In this document: positions 48,688 to 60,458 of the stretch, in pieces
Numbering within the stretch: position 1 is the stretch's first letter
How the letters are laid out: every line of letters begins with the position of its first letter
From: Chara braunii
Taxonomy: Eukaryota; Plantae; Charophyceae
Assembly (NCBI GenBank): GCA_003427395.1
Contig: BFEA01000004.1
Coordinates: 5,344,167 to 5,404,624 of the forward strand
Direction of reading: 5' to 3'
Length of the DNA: 60,458 nucleotides
Program-made: the position numbers and the translations under genes
The notes under the pieces: model-generated
Databases searched by the model: none
What the model saw: the letters and a program-made list of their open reading frames with translations, nothing else
What the model was told of the DNA's origin: nothing

Positions 48688-51330
48688 TTAACTTCTAGCG
48701 AGGTTACTTGTATCCAACTGGTAAACAGAGCTTAGTCTTCTACAGACTATTTTCCATAATCCTTCAGAGCTTGGAGACTCAGTGTCAAGTGCGGTCTGAT
48801 CACTGGTTGTCCTTAGGAAGGAAGACTCGCCACTGCTGGCACCGTAGTTCTGTCGGAGAGCGTCTATCGTGGATACTGGCCGCAAGGGCGTACCATGTGA
48901 TGGAGAGCCGACTGCAATCGGGAAGTGCGGCCTTTCTTCAACGATTTCGTCACTGCTGAATTGGATGACTTCATGGTTGGTTGGTATATCATGTATCACG
49001 GCTGGCGCAGGATTTCCGATCACCGGTGCCCACTGCTCCATGAGTAGTTGTGCTGGGGGGATCCATTCGTGTGTCCTAGTCGGAATGGGGCTTCTAAGGG
49101 GAGCGTTCGTCGTGTCAGCAGGTACCCTGTGTGCGGGTACGGCTTGTTGCAGTTGTGCCAATTCTTGCTAAAGTTGTCTGGTGGCAGCAGCGTTCTTGCA
49201 TAGTTGTTGCACATGTAGAACGTCATGCATGTCAGGTTGTCTCTGGTCGTAACGTACCCGCTTTCGTCTTGATTGCTTTGAGCCTTGTTTGTTGCTTTGA
49301 AGTGGTTGGCTTTTCTGGGTTTTGTTGTCTCTCCTGGTATTGATCTTGTGTGGCGTGGGTAGGGGGTTCATAGCAATGCTGAGCAGCTGCTCTCGCCTCC
49401 GTGCTTGTTTTTCTGCATCTGTGAGGGTGTTATCGTCTGTGGTGTGCAAGTTAGTGATCCTGTCACTGAGTGTGTTGGAAAAAGGAGTGGTTGTCTGGCC
49501 ATTCCCCAGTGCCAGGCCTCCGTTGATAGCCCAAGGGAAGTGCGAGCTAGGTAGCGGTTGTGATATTGTGTTGGTGATGGTGAAGTTGGCAGCGCGGGGG
49601 GTCATGTCGTGTGGGTAGTTGCAACAGCAGTGGAGTTAGTGTACCGCATGTGTGCAGTAGAGAGGCCAGTGTTTGGCCCTCTGGTGTTACCCAGAGCGTT
49701 GGGGCTTGCCACCATATTGCTGCCTATGTTTGACAAATGCGTATGACCAGGTGTTATTTGTGGGGCAGTAGCAGCTGCGTGTACAGTAGGTTCGAGTTGT
49801 AGCATCGTGCTTGGTGCGACAGAAATGGTGACGTTATCTGTAGTGCGTTCTGCCCCGACAAAACTAATTTATCGGTGTTGTTGCGCAGCATTAGTCTGTC
49901 GTGGTGCCGCTGCTGTGCAGCTGTCAGAAGCTCAGGAAGGAGTGAGGCCGGAAGTTGTGATTGTGTGGTGTTGCGGAGTGGGCGCATTAGTGATGGTCGG
50001 CGTCGGGGTTTGCATGTGTTGCCTGTTATTTGTAGAACGAGTCGAGGAGTAGGCAGCGGGAGGCATAGTTGTTACGGGGGAGGTGTCAAATCTCATCTGG
50101 CGGCATCTTCGGAGAGAGTTGTTTCCGGCGCCAGGCAACGAGCGTCTCCTGTTCGTTGCCTATGCAAGCAAGCCTTCAACATTGGGGAGCAATGCAACAG
50201 TAAACTTCTGTACGAATAGTTCGTCCTTGAAGTTTTCGAAGTTGAGGATTTCTTCTGCTGTTATTCTCTTGTTCTCACTGATGAGGAGTACAATCTTCAT
50301 TCTGTATTCTCTCATGAAGACAAATGTAATTTGCGTGAGGATCAACTTTTTCCAACTTGTATGCAGTCGTGCTTGGAATTCTAGCATTCTGATCTTGTCT
50401 AAAGGCGCCTGCGGGTTCAGTTTGTCCAAGTTCCCGATCACATATCACGGCATGTGATCGAACCAAGTGAAGTTTTTCTCACAACCTGGATAGGCACACT
50501 TCAGGACGGGTCTCCCTGCATTCCACAACTTCTTGAGTTCGGATAGGTCGATAGGGAACTTGGGGAGGCCCTTTTGGTGTAGCAACAGTTTCTTGGGGCA
50601 TTTGCCCCTCTCCATCTTGGAAATAGGAGGAAAGTCAGCATCAAGTTCATTCCTGCCTGCAGAAAGTAGATTGTGTCATTCCTAGGCGCGTTGCGGCAAT
50701 TATCAATGTCTGCAGTACTAAGGTCAGCCAGTGCTATGTATGCCTCTACGCTGATTGGTGCCGTGTAATTGAATGTGTTTAACTTCTAAAGACAATTGTG
50801 TACACGCTGGACAACCTTCTCAGTTCCGGTGCTAGATGCGAGTGGTAAGAACAGGTTGTTCTTGACAAATTTGTGTTCAACGTCTCTGGCAGCGGCGATT
50901 ACCTCGGTATGCGCATTGTCCCTTCTCTCTACTTCTCTCTTCCTGAAGTACTGAAGTTCTACAGGAGTTAGAGATATTCTGCTGATATAAGAATCAATGA
51001 ACATCTCGTTATTCTCCGAGGTTGAGAGTTGTCCTGCTGCATCAAGATGCGAGGAGTCGTAGCCGTGAAGCTCGAGAATGATTTTTTCTGCTTTCTCGAT
51101 GATCACGCTAAGTTCTTTGTTCTCAATGACAGATTTTCTGCAGACTTCCATGATGTTTTTGACGAGTTCTTGTATCTTGTTATCGAGTTCTTGTGGTTTG
51201 GTCTGCATAACGCAGACAAGCGTCGTCCAATCGCTAAACGAGAGGTGCTCGATTAGGAATGGAGTCTGTCCGTCTGTTGCTTGGTGGACTTGTAGTAGAA
51301 CGTCGGCAGGGACGACCAGCATGGCAATCT
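48688..51330 (-). pseudogene. Long decayed ORF of unknown (probably TE-borne) protein with a probable intron and a C2H2-like finger remnant
   Basis: 178-aa open segment 51322-50786; acceptor tttctgcAG near 50657; one frame then continues about 1 kb with isolated TGA/TAG/TAA stops; a frameshift near 49605 leads into T/P/Q-rich ORFs to 48688; KCAYPGCEKNFTWFDHM near 50500. Confidence 0.6.
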
Positions 51331-51495
51331 GACAGTGAAAGATGGGTGGCTTGAGCGCAGAAAAAGGTCTAATACTTTAGACCAGTTCTGGGTGCTATCC
51401 CATTTGAATACTGTCGTCATCCTACACAATGTTTATTGATGATACGAAAATTAGTTGTCGAAAAATCAGGTTTAATTTATTTATATATATATATA

Positions 51496-52000
51496 CAGGG
51501 TAACCGGCATTCGGGACCGGCCGAACGCCCGAACGTATGGGATCCCTTGGGGATGCGTTCGGCCGTTCAGACCGAACGCGGAAACCAAAAAAAATCAAAA
51601 ATCAAAAATCAAAAAATTTACAGATGTGTACTTCACATAATGCAAAACCTACTAAAATCGTTTCAAAAAATAATAAAATTGTTTAGACCCCGAACTCAAG
51701 CGGAAACAAAAAGTAAAAAGTGAAAACAAATGTGGGCGAGCACGTTTTGACACCGCCATGTTTGGCAATTTTTAATTCTTATTTAGCGAAGCCAAATGAC
51801 TTGAAAATTTATAGGCATGTATCTCATGTCATAGAGAACTCGCAAAAAAAAAAATCAGGAAAAAAAAAGTATTTTTAGGCTCCGAAATAATTTTGGTGGG
51901 GGTTGAACGCCGTCGGGTTCAGACCCTGTACGAGACCCCGAACGCTCGTACGTACGGAGGTCTGCCCGGGGACCTCCGTACGTACGGGTTGGTGACCCTG
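51496..52000. mobile_element. hAT-like MITE inserted in (TA)n
   Basis: TIR CAGGGTAACC / GGTGACCCTG; flanks TATATATA / TACATATA; subterminal CCGAACG repeats; internal part also present at about 44770-44930. Confidence 0.72.
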
Positions 52001-52240
52001 TACATATATATATATATATATAAAGCAAAAAATAGAAAATATTTAAACAAGTTTAAAAAAAACTTTAATTTTAAGTTTTTTTTTTTTTTTTTTTTGATAT
52101 TTTAAATTTATTATTATTTTATTTATTTATTTATTTATTATTTTGAATTACTATAAAGATTTAATTTTTTACTTTTTTATTTTTATTATTATTTTTTTAA
52201 TACATGTATATATTTTTAATTATTATATTTTATAAAAAAA

Positions 52241-52530
52241 CTAGACTACCAGTCGGGCCGCTCGGGTCCCGGGTGGCTACCGGGTGGCCAGCTCGTGCAA
52301 GGACCAGGGAAGGTCTCAGCAAAAAAAACAAAAAAACTAAAAACTTGAAAAAAAATCCGAATTGTGATGCAGAAAAATAAACTGAACAACTTTTGCCTCA
52401 GGGTCACATCGAAATTCTGCACCAAATTTAGAAAAAAAAATAAAATTTAAAAATAATCTTTTCATTTTTATTTTTTTAGTTGTTTTTAGCCCGGTCGGGC
52501 AAGTGACCCCGGGCCACTCTGGTAGCCTAG
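52241..52530. mobile_element. hAT-like MITE
   Basis: TIR CTAGACTACCAG / CTGGTAGCCTAG, GC-rich CCGGG subtermini and AT-rich core; TSD not clean. Confidence 0.6.
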
Positions 52531-55500
52531 TAAAACACATTATTTTTTATTTTTATTTTTCTTATTTATTTATTATTCTATTACTTATTTAGCGAAGGAC
52601 GGGGGTCGCTTAGAGGTTTTGTGAACCTTTGTCGTAGTTGTCTTTATGGGGGTCCTTTCCGTTTTTTTAGGAAGCTTGATATGTTTTCAGATCTTTATCG
52701 GATTTTCAGTGGGGAGTATGTGGGGTGCATAACTTTTCGTTTCATGTATTTGGTTCTTTTTTTTTGTGTTGAAAAAAGTTTGTTACGGTAAAGTGCAAAG
52801 GGTGCATGGATGTGGATGGTTGGCGTAGCAGAGTGTAAAGCGTGTATGTTTTGGAAGCGATGCGTATTGTGGCAGGTTATCATTGTGGTATCAGAGACAA
52901 GTATTCATGAGCGCGCAGATGCGGGAGCATGCTGTTGCTCTTGGAGAGTGGGGGTGATAAGGAGTTTGCGAAGAAGAAGAAGAGGGAATGAGTGCGAGGC
53001 CGCGGGAGGAAAGAAGGAGAGTATGTGGAGGGGAGGGTAAGCAAGGTAATCAAGAGAGGGGTGGTTTTGAAGATCGGTTGTATATACACACACAACTTCA
53101 CTTGTACGGTACAGAGGAGGAGGTGTGAGGAAGGGGTAGAGGACGCGAGGGGTTCGAAGAATTCTTAGGGATAGTTAGCTGGTTCGGAGAACGATCGTTT
53201 TTACCAAGGGCGAAGGTCGGGACTGTGCGTGGTAGGAGGTACGTGTTTGGGCACGATCGGGAGTATCCGCGAAGGGGGGTGGGGAGTGTGAGAGGGTAAT
53301 AAGAGGTAGCGCAAGAGACGCTGTTTTGAAAAGTGGAACCAAGAGAATGAGGGACCCGTGTTTTCCTTAACGATAGCGTCAACGGTTGTCTGTTGAGGGC
53401 ATGTGGGAGGGCGTACTATTGTGGTGTATGAGATGTTAGAGCATCGTGATCTTCGTCCGGATCGCGATTTCTGTTTTGTGGCAGTCGTTAATCGCTACGG
53501 TTATCGTTAGTATGAGGTTGATGCGAATGGGGTGTTGGTTCTACGTTTAGAGTTAGGTCCAGGCTATGTAGGTGATGATTTACGACACGCAACAGGTTTT
53601 GTGACGAAGCTGCATGACGATGTGTAGGACAACTATCGAGGAAGAGGGGAAGATATTATAGAGTGAATTGTTCGTTTACGGTTATCAGTCATAGCGCTCG
53701 AACACGATGGTCGTATGACAGGGATTGCAGAATGGGAGGCAATTCTAGATGCTCCATTGGTTGGGCGTCCTTATCTTCATGGGGAATTAGTTGTGGATAT
53801 GTAGTATGTCATCAGTAACAGGGTTGTTTTTGGGTGTGTCCGATTCTAGGAACCAAATATTTTTTTGGAAAGTAATTAGGAGGCATGTGGATCTCGATAC
53901 CTGTTAGTATGATTCGGTTCATGTAATGCGCCGTTGTGTATCGAGTTACGATTGACTTTGTTGGAAGGGCAATAATTGCTGCCAACCTATGTTTGTTGAT
54001 TGGTCAAGGGTGCCTTCAATTCATATACGGTTTCGGTTTATTTTGTTGCCTTATTTGATTTTGTTTTTTTACATTAATTTCACCTTAGTAGTCTTCAATT
54101 TTAATTTTTTTTTTTATTATTATTATTATTTTTTATTATTTATTTTATACGTATATTTTATTTTTATTTGTATTAATTACTTATTTATAAATATTTACCT
54201 ATTTAATTTTATTATTATTATTTAATTATTTTATCTTTTTACGCCGAACTACGCTTAGGGTTGCGGACTGATCGTTTTTTTCGTACATAACTGGTGGTGA
54301 GGATTTATTTCAATGAGACGTCCTGGTATACTTACAACATGCAAAGCTAACATGTTTTGCAATAAAATTCTTTTTATAAAAAAACGGTCGCCGGTTTGTA
54401 TCATCGTTTTCACAGGGGACAAGGAGGGAGCACCAATGGATATAGTCTATGTTTTCTATAGATAATGCATTCCAGGTGTGGCGATAGTGAATGACCTGCC
54501 ATCATGTAGTATTTTTACTTCGGAAAATAATGCACATGTCTGGGCATCTACCACCATATAAAAGTATATGTACCTATTTTTGCGAAAAGTAGGGTGTTCG
54601 GGGGGTATATATGAATAAGAACATGCATGAATCGCACCGTCATTTCTTTTTTATTCCTTAATTTATTTGTAAGAATATTAGTGTTATTTGCTTGTTTACA
54701 AAGCTAATAATTGGGAAAGCCAGACAGGGCCATCCGATCACACATGTGTCATGCGCGAATATTGAGGTGATGGTATGTCGTTATTTGTATAGAGTCGAGG
54801 GCATGTGGAATGACAAAGGCAAACATCAAACGTAATTATTATTTGTAGTTCATTGGAGTCTGCGCAAGAGTCTCAAAGTGTGTAATTCATTGGGTGTGCG
54901 CTAATGGTCCATAAGTCGTTCAAAGAGATAGCGGTAGTAATAATGTTGAAGTATCAAATTTTCCCAGCGTATTTTTCTCATTAGCGTATCACTGGTGGAT
55001 AAGGTAATTTTCGGTATAATAGGGATCAGGTGCAACTTAATAAGTTGTTTATTTGTTGATTTGCAGCGAGCGGAGTGTTACTTATCTGTATGTTGTCATG
55101 TCAGTGTTTAACATACACATGCATAACGATCTTATCTAGGTGGCTTTGTGAGTAACGATCTATGCATATCGGAAATGTGCCGAGGAGCTATGGGAATGAG
55201 GCTCTGCCGGTTTTGTGAGTACTTGTTACTATAGTGCATATAGACAAGTAAGGCAGATTTAACTGTTTTCACTTTACCATCGAGGGTTTTACCCTTTGTG
55301 CATTATAGTTGTATAAGCGAACGACATTACATACGAGTAAAAAACAATAAGATCTTGATGGGACAAACGTAGATATATTTTGCACGCATTCAGTTATTAT
55401 TTCTTATTATCTACCGTTTGGAGTCGTTTTTGTGTGATAATATCATAATAGTTTTTTTGCATAAAAGGAAGAATCGATCCTAATCAGGGCTATTATTTCA

Positions 55501-56889
55501 TAACAAAGACTCACGGTAGCACATCTTATTGCATAAGATAGTAGATTCTATGCATATCGATCTGTATTTCAACCGTGATCGGTGCCATCAGGTAAGTATA
55601 ATTTATCTAGCGGCGGTATGTATTGTGTTATTAGTCTCGTGAAAGACCCATAATTTTTTTTCGTTTTGTCACTTTTTTTCGTAAGGTTGCAGTGTATGAG
55701 TGGGGCAGTAAGTATTCAGCAAAGTCATGTGTAATTCAGTGTTATACGTGCGTCTAGATAATTATTTTTTTTAGGGTATTTAAGTATTGTTTATTATAAG
55801 TAAAGGATTTTTTAGGGTATTCATATATTATAATCTCTGGTGTTTATTTCTATGCTCAGTGCTTCTAATGAGGTTAAATGTAGCCAAGGTGTGGCGTACG
55901 TGAGGAACACGTTCGCTAGTTACGGTGTTAGCCCAGTCGTGTCAATATTTGCGTTATACACCTTATGCCTTTTTGTCTTACATCTAGCAGACAGACACCT
56001 TCCTATATGTTATTTCATGTGTAGGCGTCGCCGCCACATCGTGCAGCCTGTGTTCAGTGATCTATATAGTGTAAAAACATGTTATCAATATGCAATCGAA
56101 GTAATCAGTTCATTTTGCGGAATACACAAAAGCAACTATCAGTGCAACTCCTATCTTAGTGCAACGCTACCAACCTGTGCAAAAAGGCGCTTAGCACTGG
56201 GCGAAACTGACGGCGATTATTGATGGTACTGGATCGTTTGGACTACTGAAGAGAATTAAAGTACTGACCCAATTTAAGCGTGATGCTGACCAATAAGTGT
56301 ACAAGAGTGCTATCATTTCCTATTGCTTAATTGAAGGTTAGGGGCGTACCCGATGGAACGATGCAACAACATGGCTAGTGCTATAAAAAATACTTTATCG
56401 GGAAATATATATAAACATATATTTTTATCTGTAAACTTTCTTTACCGGCGCACGGTATAACTTTGTTCCCGAAGGGTCATCTTTCTTATATGTTTATAAC
56501 ATATCTAATTGTAGTATGCTTGCTATCGGAGTGAGACGATCCGAGCGAGCGAAGGGTTAATTTATAACTTGGCAACGTTTTTATTGGGATAATAGTATAA
56601 TGGTAATCTGTGTGTGGTGGTTGAGTTGTGGAGCAGGAGGATGAAGTGCTGCTAGGAACGGGATGGTTTACTGCAGTTTAAGCAACCCTTTTTTTGGGGG
56701 GTGTGGGTGTTTTTGGGGGGGGGAGGTTAGTAGCAGTTTAAACATAGTGGTTGTTTTAGCCATCAACTCCTCTGTGAGGATGCAAGAGGGGTTTGTGATT
56801 TATATTATGATTATGGGGGGACATTTTAGTATTTAGAGTTAATAATTAAGGTTAGTGATGACTATTGAGGACAGTCATAGGGGGGGTAC

Positions 56890-56945
56890 ACACCCTTAAG
56901 CGCGCTTTTCGCCGCCTAGTACCCATAGTAGCTCATCAGAGGGGT
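56890..56945 (-). ncRNA. Type I hammerhead ribozyme, Penelope-like (palindromic stem III)
   Basis: Minus strand ACCCCT-CTGATGA-GCTACTATGGGTACTAGGCGGC-GAAA-AGCGCGCT-TA|AGGGTGT: full catalytic core, G-C closing stem II, palindromic stem III, stem I flanks pair. Confidence 0.72.
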
Positions 56946-58146
56946 TAACTTAGTACAAGCTCCTGTTAGCAACTGGGGGGGAAGAAAAAAGGGGGAGAGA
57001 GAGGGTCGTCAGAGGTTGTAGAGTAATGCAGCGTTGGGATTTATCGGGGAGGGGGTTAGTATTCCATACCTGATAAGTCATGGTCGGTGTCGCTGGAAGA
57101 TCAGTCGTCGCCATAGCACGAAGCATGGTCGTGCAGCGTAGCGTTAGGTGGCTTACAATATAAGCACAGTGCAAAGTGCACTCTCGTACACCACACTTGA
57201 GTCAGGTATAGGATCAGCACACGAGCAAGTGTGCTCGTGCGAGGAGAGAGTAGGAGACGAGTAGTGGCAGGCGGTGAAGCAGACAGTACCAAGGCACGCC
57301 AACACAAATGCGGTATTGCGTGAGGTTGCTCGTAGTTGTAGCGGCAGGCGCTTAAGAAGACGAGGAGCGTGGTCGGCCAGCCTAGAGTATATGTCGTGGT
57401 ATGTTTTTTTTTGCTTGCTAGGTGTAGCGGGAAGCGACACACCAAAATAAAAGCGGGAAGTGACGATGAAGCAAAAGAAAAGAGGAAAACGAGCGGGAAA
57501 CAATGACCGAAAGCGACAACGAAACAAAAAGGGAAAAAAACATCGAAAGCGACAACAGAAAAAAAAAACAAAAGAAAAGGGGAACGATGGTCGATGGTTG
57601 ACCCATAAATGAAAGAAAAAGAAAAAGCGAACGACAGTCGCTACGTCGGCCGAACAACAGAAAATACACAAATGAAAAAAAAAGAAAAGTGAGTAAAAAA
57701 TGACAGTTGTCCCGACACTTGCATATCGAAGGGCTCTCCTCCGAGATGTTCATCCGCATCGACGCCCGTCGTCTGCCCCGCCCTGGGAGCGCGCATTCAC
57801 GTTTGATGGCGAGCTGTGAACAATTCGGTACGCGCGCCGCTCTGCACGCCCACCCGCCCTCGATCGCCTTCATCCGCCGGCCCGCACCGAAACGTCGACC
57901 CGATTCCGACGCGCAGCGGACCGTCAACCTTTCCCCCGCGACCAATGCTGCTTAAAGGGGTAGGATATTGATAATGTTTTTTTTTTTGTTTTTTTTCAAA
58001 GACAAAAAAAAAGTATTACAGCAATTGAATTACTTCATCGACATGCGACACACATCATCAGATTTCCTTATCATAGTTTTTCATCTTGAACTCTATTTTC
58101 CAGACAATAGACGTCGTTCACAATATCGCTCCAACAATATTTTCTT

Positions 58147-58220
<74 letters not shown>

Positions 58221-58427
58221 GAGATGTCCACTAAAACGCCAGTCCAACTTCTGGAAGGAAGAAGGCCGACGGATTGAAAAAAAAAAAAAAGAAAAAGCCA
58301 CTCTGTGGACAACGAGGGGTTCATCGGTTTCATCGGTTCCATCGGTTGATTTTCCACCACTGTTTCTTCGTACTCACGACGACCATAATCAAATACTAAT
58401 TGAAGTATTAATTCCAGTATATTAATT

Positions 58428-58807
58428 GGGAAAATTGTTGAAATACCCCTAACTTGGGGTATCGCGTAACATACCCCTAAAACACAGGGGTATGCTGAAA
58501 TGGCCCAAACATCTGCATCTGGCCCTGCCCCACTCAGTGGCAACTTTGCCATATGCCCTGGCTCTGGGCTGCAAGGCCTAGTGCATTTCTTTTGCAATCT
58601 GCAAGGTCCAACAGCCTCAAATAACGGGGCATATAGACAAGATATCAGGGCCCGGTAGGGTTATATGCAAAAGATGACAGTCCAATTGGCGAGTGGGGTA
58701 TGTAGCGAAGTTTCACCATTGTCGTACATGCATTTCGACATACCCATCCCTTTTAGGGCTATCTGATGAAATACCCAAACTTTCCGGGGCATTTCAACAA
58801 TTGTCCC
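58428..58807. mobile_element. Mutator-like (MULE) MITE, 380 bp
   Basis: TIR GGGAAAATTGTTGAAATACCCC / GGGGCATTTCAACAATTGTCCC with a perfect 9-bp TSD ATATTAATT (58419-58427 and 58808-58816). Confidence 0.88.
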
Positions 58808-59034
58808 ATATTAATTTGAGTATATTAATTCGAGTATTAATTTGAGTATTAGTTAAGTTACATGCTACACACATCATGAGATGTTTATCACAAATTTTCA
58901 TCATAGAACTCTATTTTCTCCAGACAATAGATGACTCCGGCACTATTCTTCCTTCTCTCTTTCTCTCTCTCTCTCTCACAGCGTTTCTTCATTCTCTCAC
59001 AGTGTCCACACACACACACACACACACACACGCG

Positions 59035-59094
<60 letters not shown>

Positions 59095-59276
59095 NNNNNN
59101 NNNNNNNNNNNNNNNNNNNNNNNNNNNNNNNNNNNNNNNNNNNNNNNNNNNNNNNNNNNNNNNNNNNNNNNNNNNNNNNNNNNNGGGGGGAACTCGAAGA
59201 GCGGAGGGAGAGTCACTCTCTCGCCAGCTGGTCATTTTGACAAAATGCAGGATCTACATCTACGTCTACATCTACA

Positions 59277-59470
59277 ATGCTATAGAAACCACAATACTAT
59301 AGAAACCACAATACTATAGAAACCACTGACGTCATATCGCACGGCCCAGGTTGGGGGCCGATCACCGCCCACCGACGGCCCAGATCGCAGGCCGATGAGA
59401 AACTTTTCTGATCGGCCTGCGACGGCCCAGATCGCAGGCAGATGAGAAACTTTTCTCATCGGCCTGCGAT
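59277..59470. repeat. 17-bp triplication followed by two 47-bp hairpin units; possible decayed CACTA-type terminus
   Basis: ATACTATAGAAACCAC x3; GACGGCCCAGATCGCAGGC(C/A)GATGAGAAACTTTTCT(G/C)ATCGGCCTGC at 59374 and 59421. Confidence 0.6.
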
Positions 59471-59734
59471 GTGGGCCGTCTGCAGGTGGTGATCGGCCTG
59501 CAATCGGGCCGTTCGCAGGAAAAGGCACCGGTTGGCCTCAAACGGCCCGCCCAGCCCACAAACGACCCGGCCGCCAACATTTTTTTGTTGGTGGCCGGTT
59601 TTTTGTGGGCAGCTGGTACTCGACGCGCCTATGGTCACTCCACGCCTGCTCCCTCTCCTACTCCCGACCCTGCTTTCGCCTACTCGCCACACCCGCGCCT
59701 ACTCCCACCCACTCGACGTGCTTAGTCCCGCCTG

Positions 59735-59803
<69 letters not shown>

Positions 59804-60458
59804 CCCCCTCCCCGCCCTTCGGCTTTGGTGCTTCGTAGTACGTGGTCCGTGCTTCGGTGCTTTGTGGTACGTGAGGCGATGTTGGACGTGAAATCGGTGC
59901 TTGGTGCTTCGCGAATTGCATCGTGAATTTGGTGTGCTACGTGCGTGGTGCTTCGGTGAAGCATTCTGTGCTTCATGCTTCGTGCTTCGTCCTTGCTACT
60001 TCGTGGATTCGGTGTTTGGTGCATCGTGGGTTCATGGTGAATTCGGTGCATGGAGGATTCTGTGCATGGTGCTGCGCGGTTCATGGTTCCTGAATCAGTG
60101 GTCCATGCTACTTGGTGCTCCGTGCTCCGTGCTGTGGTGCTTCGTACTTTGTGAGTTGGTGCTTTCGTGAATCGGTGCTGCGTGGATCTGATTCGGTGGT
60201 TCGCGCATCGGTCGTGAGTTCCTGCTAAGTGCTCGGACGTGAGCTTCGACGTGGATTCCTGCTAGAGTGAGTGTTTCTACCTCACCTCGAACCCACACCC
60301 CCATCCCCTTTTGAAAAAAACGCAAAAATAATATAAGCCTTGGGCACTGGGCCCGTATTTAAAAAAAAAAAAACAAAAACAAACAAACAAACCTTGCATT
60401 CCTTCTCTTTTTTGGGGAGGAGGTAGATAATGGGGGGATGGGGGTCACTGCGGGCAAG

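Noticed and set aside
54250-55660. Long minus-strand frame suggesting a decayed gene or PLE RT
   Set aside because: Stop frequency is about what random AT-rich DNA gives, and no RT or GIY-YIG motifs were recognisable.

Overview
Repeat-rich eukaryotic nuclear DNA from a gapped short-read/mate-pair assembly. The ARGLU1-like C-terminus and the U6 copy are plant-type; a streptophyte (charophyte-like) alga is my inference, not established. One host gene is well supported: a minus-strand, spliced ARGLU1-like RS/coiled-coil gene (about 34861 to 28346). Its long first intron holds a RING-HC zinc-finger exon whose donor is in frame with the next ARGLU1 exon. The rest is mostly mobile or repetitive: decayed L1/Tx1-type LINE fragments, several MITE families (pogo/Tc2-like, hAT-like, Mutator-like), a roughly 2.1 kb foldback inverted repeat, two inverted 81-bp satellite arrays (one with a 477-bp higher-order repeat), a retroposed U6 snRNA, SSU and LSU rRNA fragments and a long stop-riddled pseudo-ORF. 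The two most notable non-coding signals are a type I hammerhead ribozyme with a palindromic stem III (Penelope-like signature) at about 56.9 kb and a dispersed roughly 60-nt structured repeat. An untrimmed Nextera mate-pair junction adapter and gap-flanking duplications are assembly artefacts. No CRISPR array or intact transposase/RT ORF was found. All alignments were made by eye.
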